Assembly: GCA_951804945.1 (NCBI GenBank)
Contig: OX638155.1
Location: forward strand, 60,264,001-60,328,000
Origin: Podarcis cretensis
Taxonomy: Eukaryota
Direction of reading: 5' to 3'
Length of the DNA stretch: 64,000 nucleotides
The notes under the pieces were generated by a model, which saw only the letters and a program-made list of their open reading frames with translations, was not told the DNA's origin and did not search any database. Of this stretch, positions 63,504 to 64,000 are shown piece by piece; position 1 is the stretch's first letter; each line of letters opens with the position of its first letter. A program made the position numbers and the translations under genes.

Positions 63504-64000
63504 AGACAGCCCATAAACAGCCTTAATTCCAGCCATTTCACAGGAAGGAGTTTTCAACACTGATCCTACACTTGTAAATATTCAGTTCTAACTTTTCAAA
63601 CGACTTCTACCAACCACACATATGTTCTCTGCAGCTTAAACCTTTTTCTCATAAATCCCTGCCCACCACCATTGCTCCTACCTTTCTATCATTCATATAC
63701 TTGACACATTCTCCTCTTTCTTTTCCTTCAAATCCCAGCTCACATCTGCCATATTTGACCTGTGGTTCAATATATAACAGGGATCTCATCAAACACCCTA
63801 GAATCTAGATGCACCATATAAGCAGAAAGGGCCCAAGCCGGTGGGGGGCATTGGCATCAAGGGCTGGTCTGGTGCACAGTGGGCTTTGTTCACCCTCCAT
63901 GCCCTGCTCCCCCACCAGCATGCACACACGTGTGCCCCGGGCACCACAGACACACGGTCTGACGCTGGCACAGCAGGATATAAAACAGCCCAGTTGTTAA

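Overview
Vertebrate genomic DNA, almost certainly a squamate (lacertid-type lizard), judged from Sauria/Squam1 SINEs, Bov-B, Squam3-like SINEs, CR1, L2 and Penelope repeats. It has three N gaps and no prokaryotic features. The only long coding sequence is an uninterrupted L1-clade ORF2 (8950-12723; APE endonuclease, reverse transcriptase, CCHC). It belongs to a young L1 with a 20-bp TSD whose 5' part (a piece of ORF1) is inverted, as expected from twin priming; flipping that piece back gives one continuous ORF1 frame. A CpG island at about 28.3-29.55 kb with a minus-strand GTAAGT donor at 28074 suggests the 5' end of an unidentified large gene transcribed leftwards, which would make 1-28 kb intronic and 30-64 kb upstream. 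Other highlights are a short Penelope-like insertion with an intact minimal hammerhead ribozyme (40071-40108, minus), a second divergent L1 family with an unusual target and tail, two nearly identical Sauria SINEs 47.5 kb apart, several nested insertions and many hairpin MITEs. I found no convincing wholly new system. The best leads are the 5'-inverted lizard L1 with an acidic ORF1 tail and the ribozyme-bearing mini-element. Repeat family names come from recalled consensus similarity, not from a database search.
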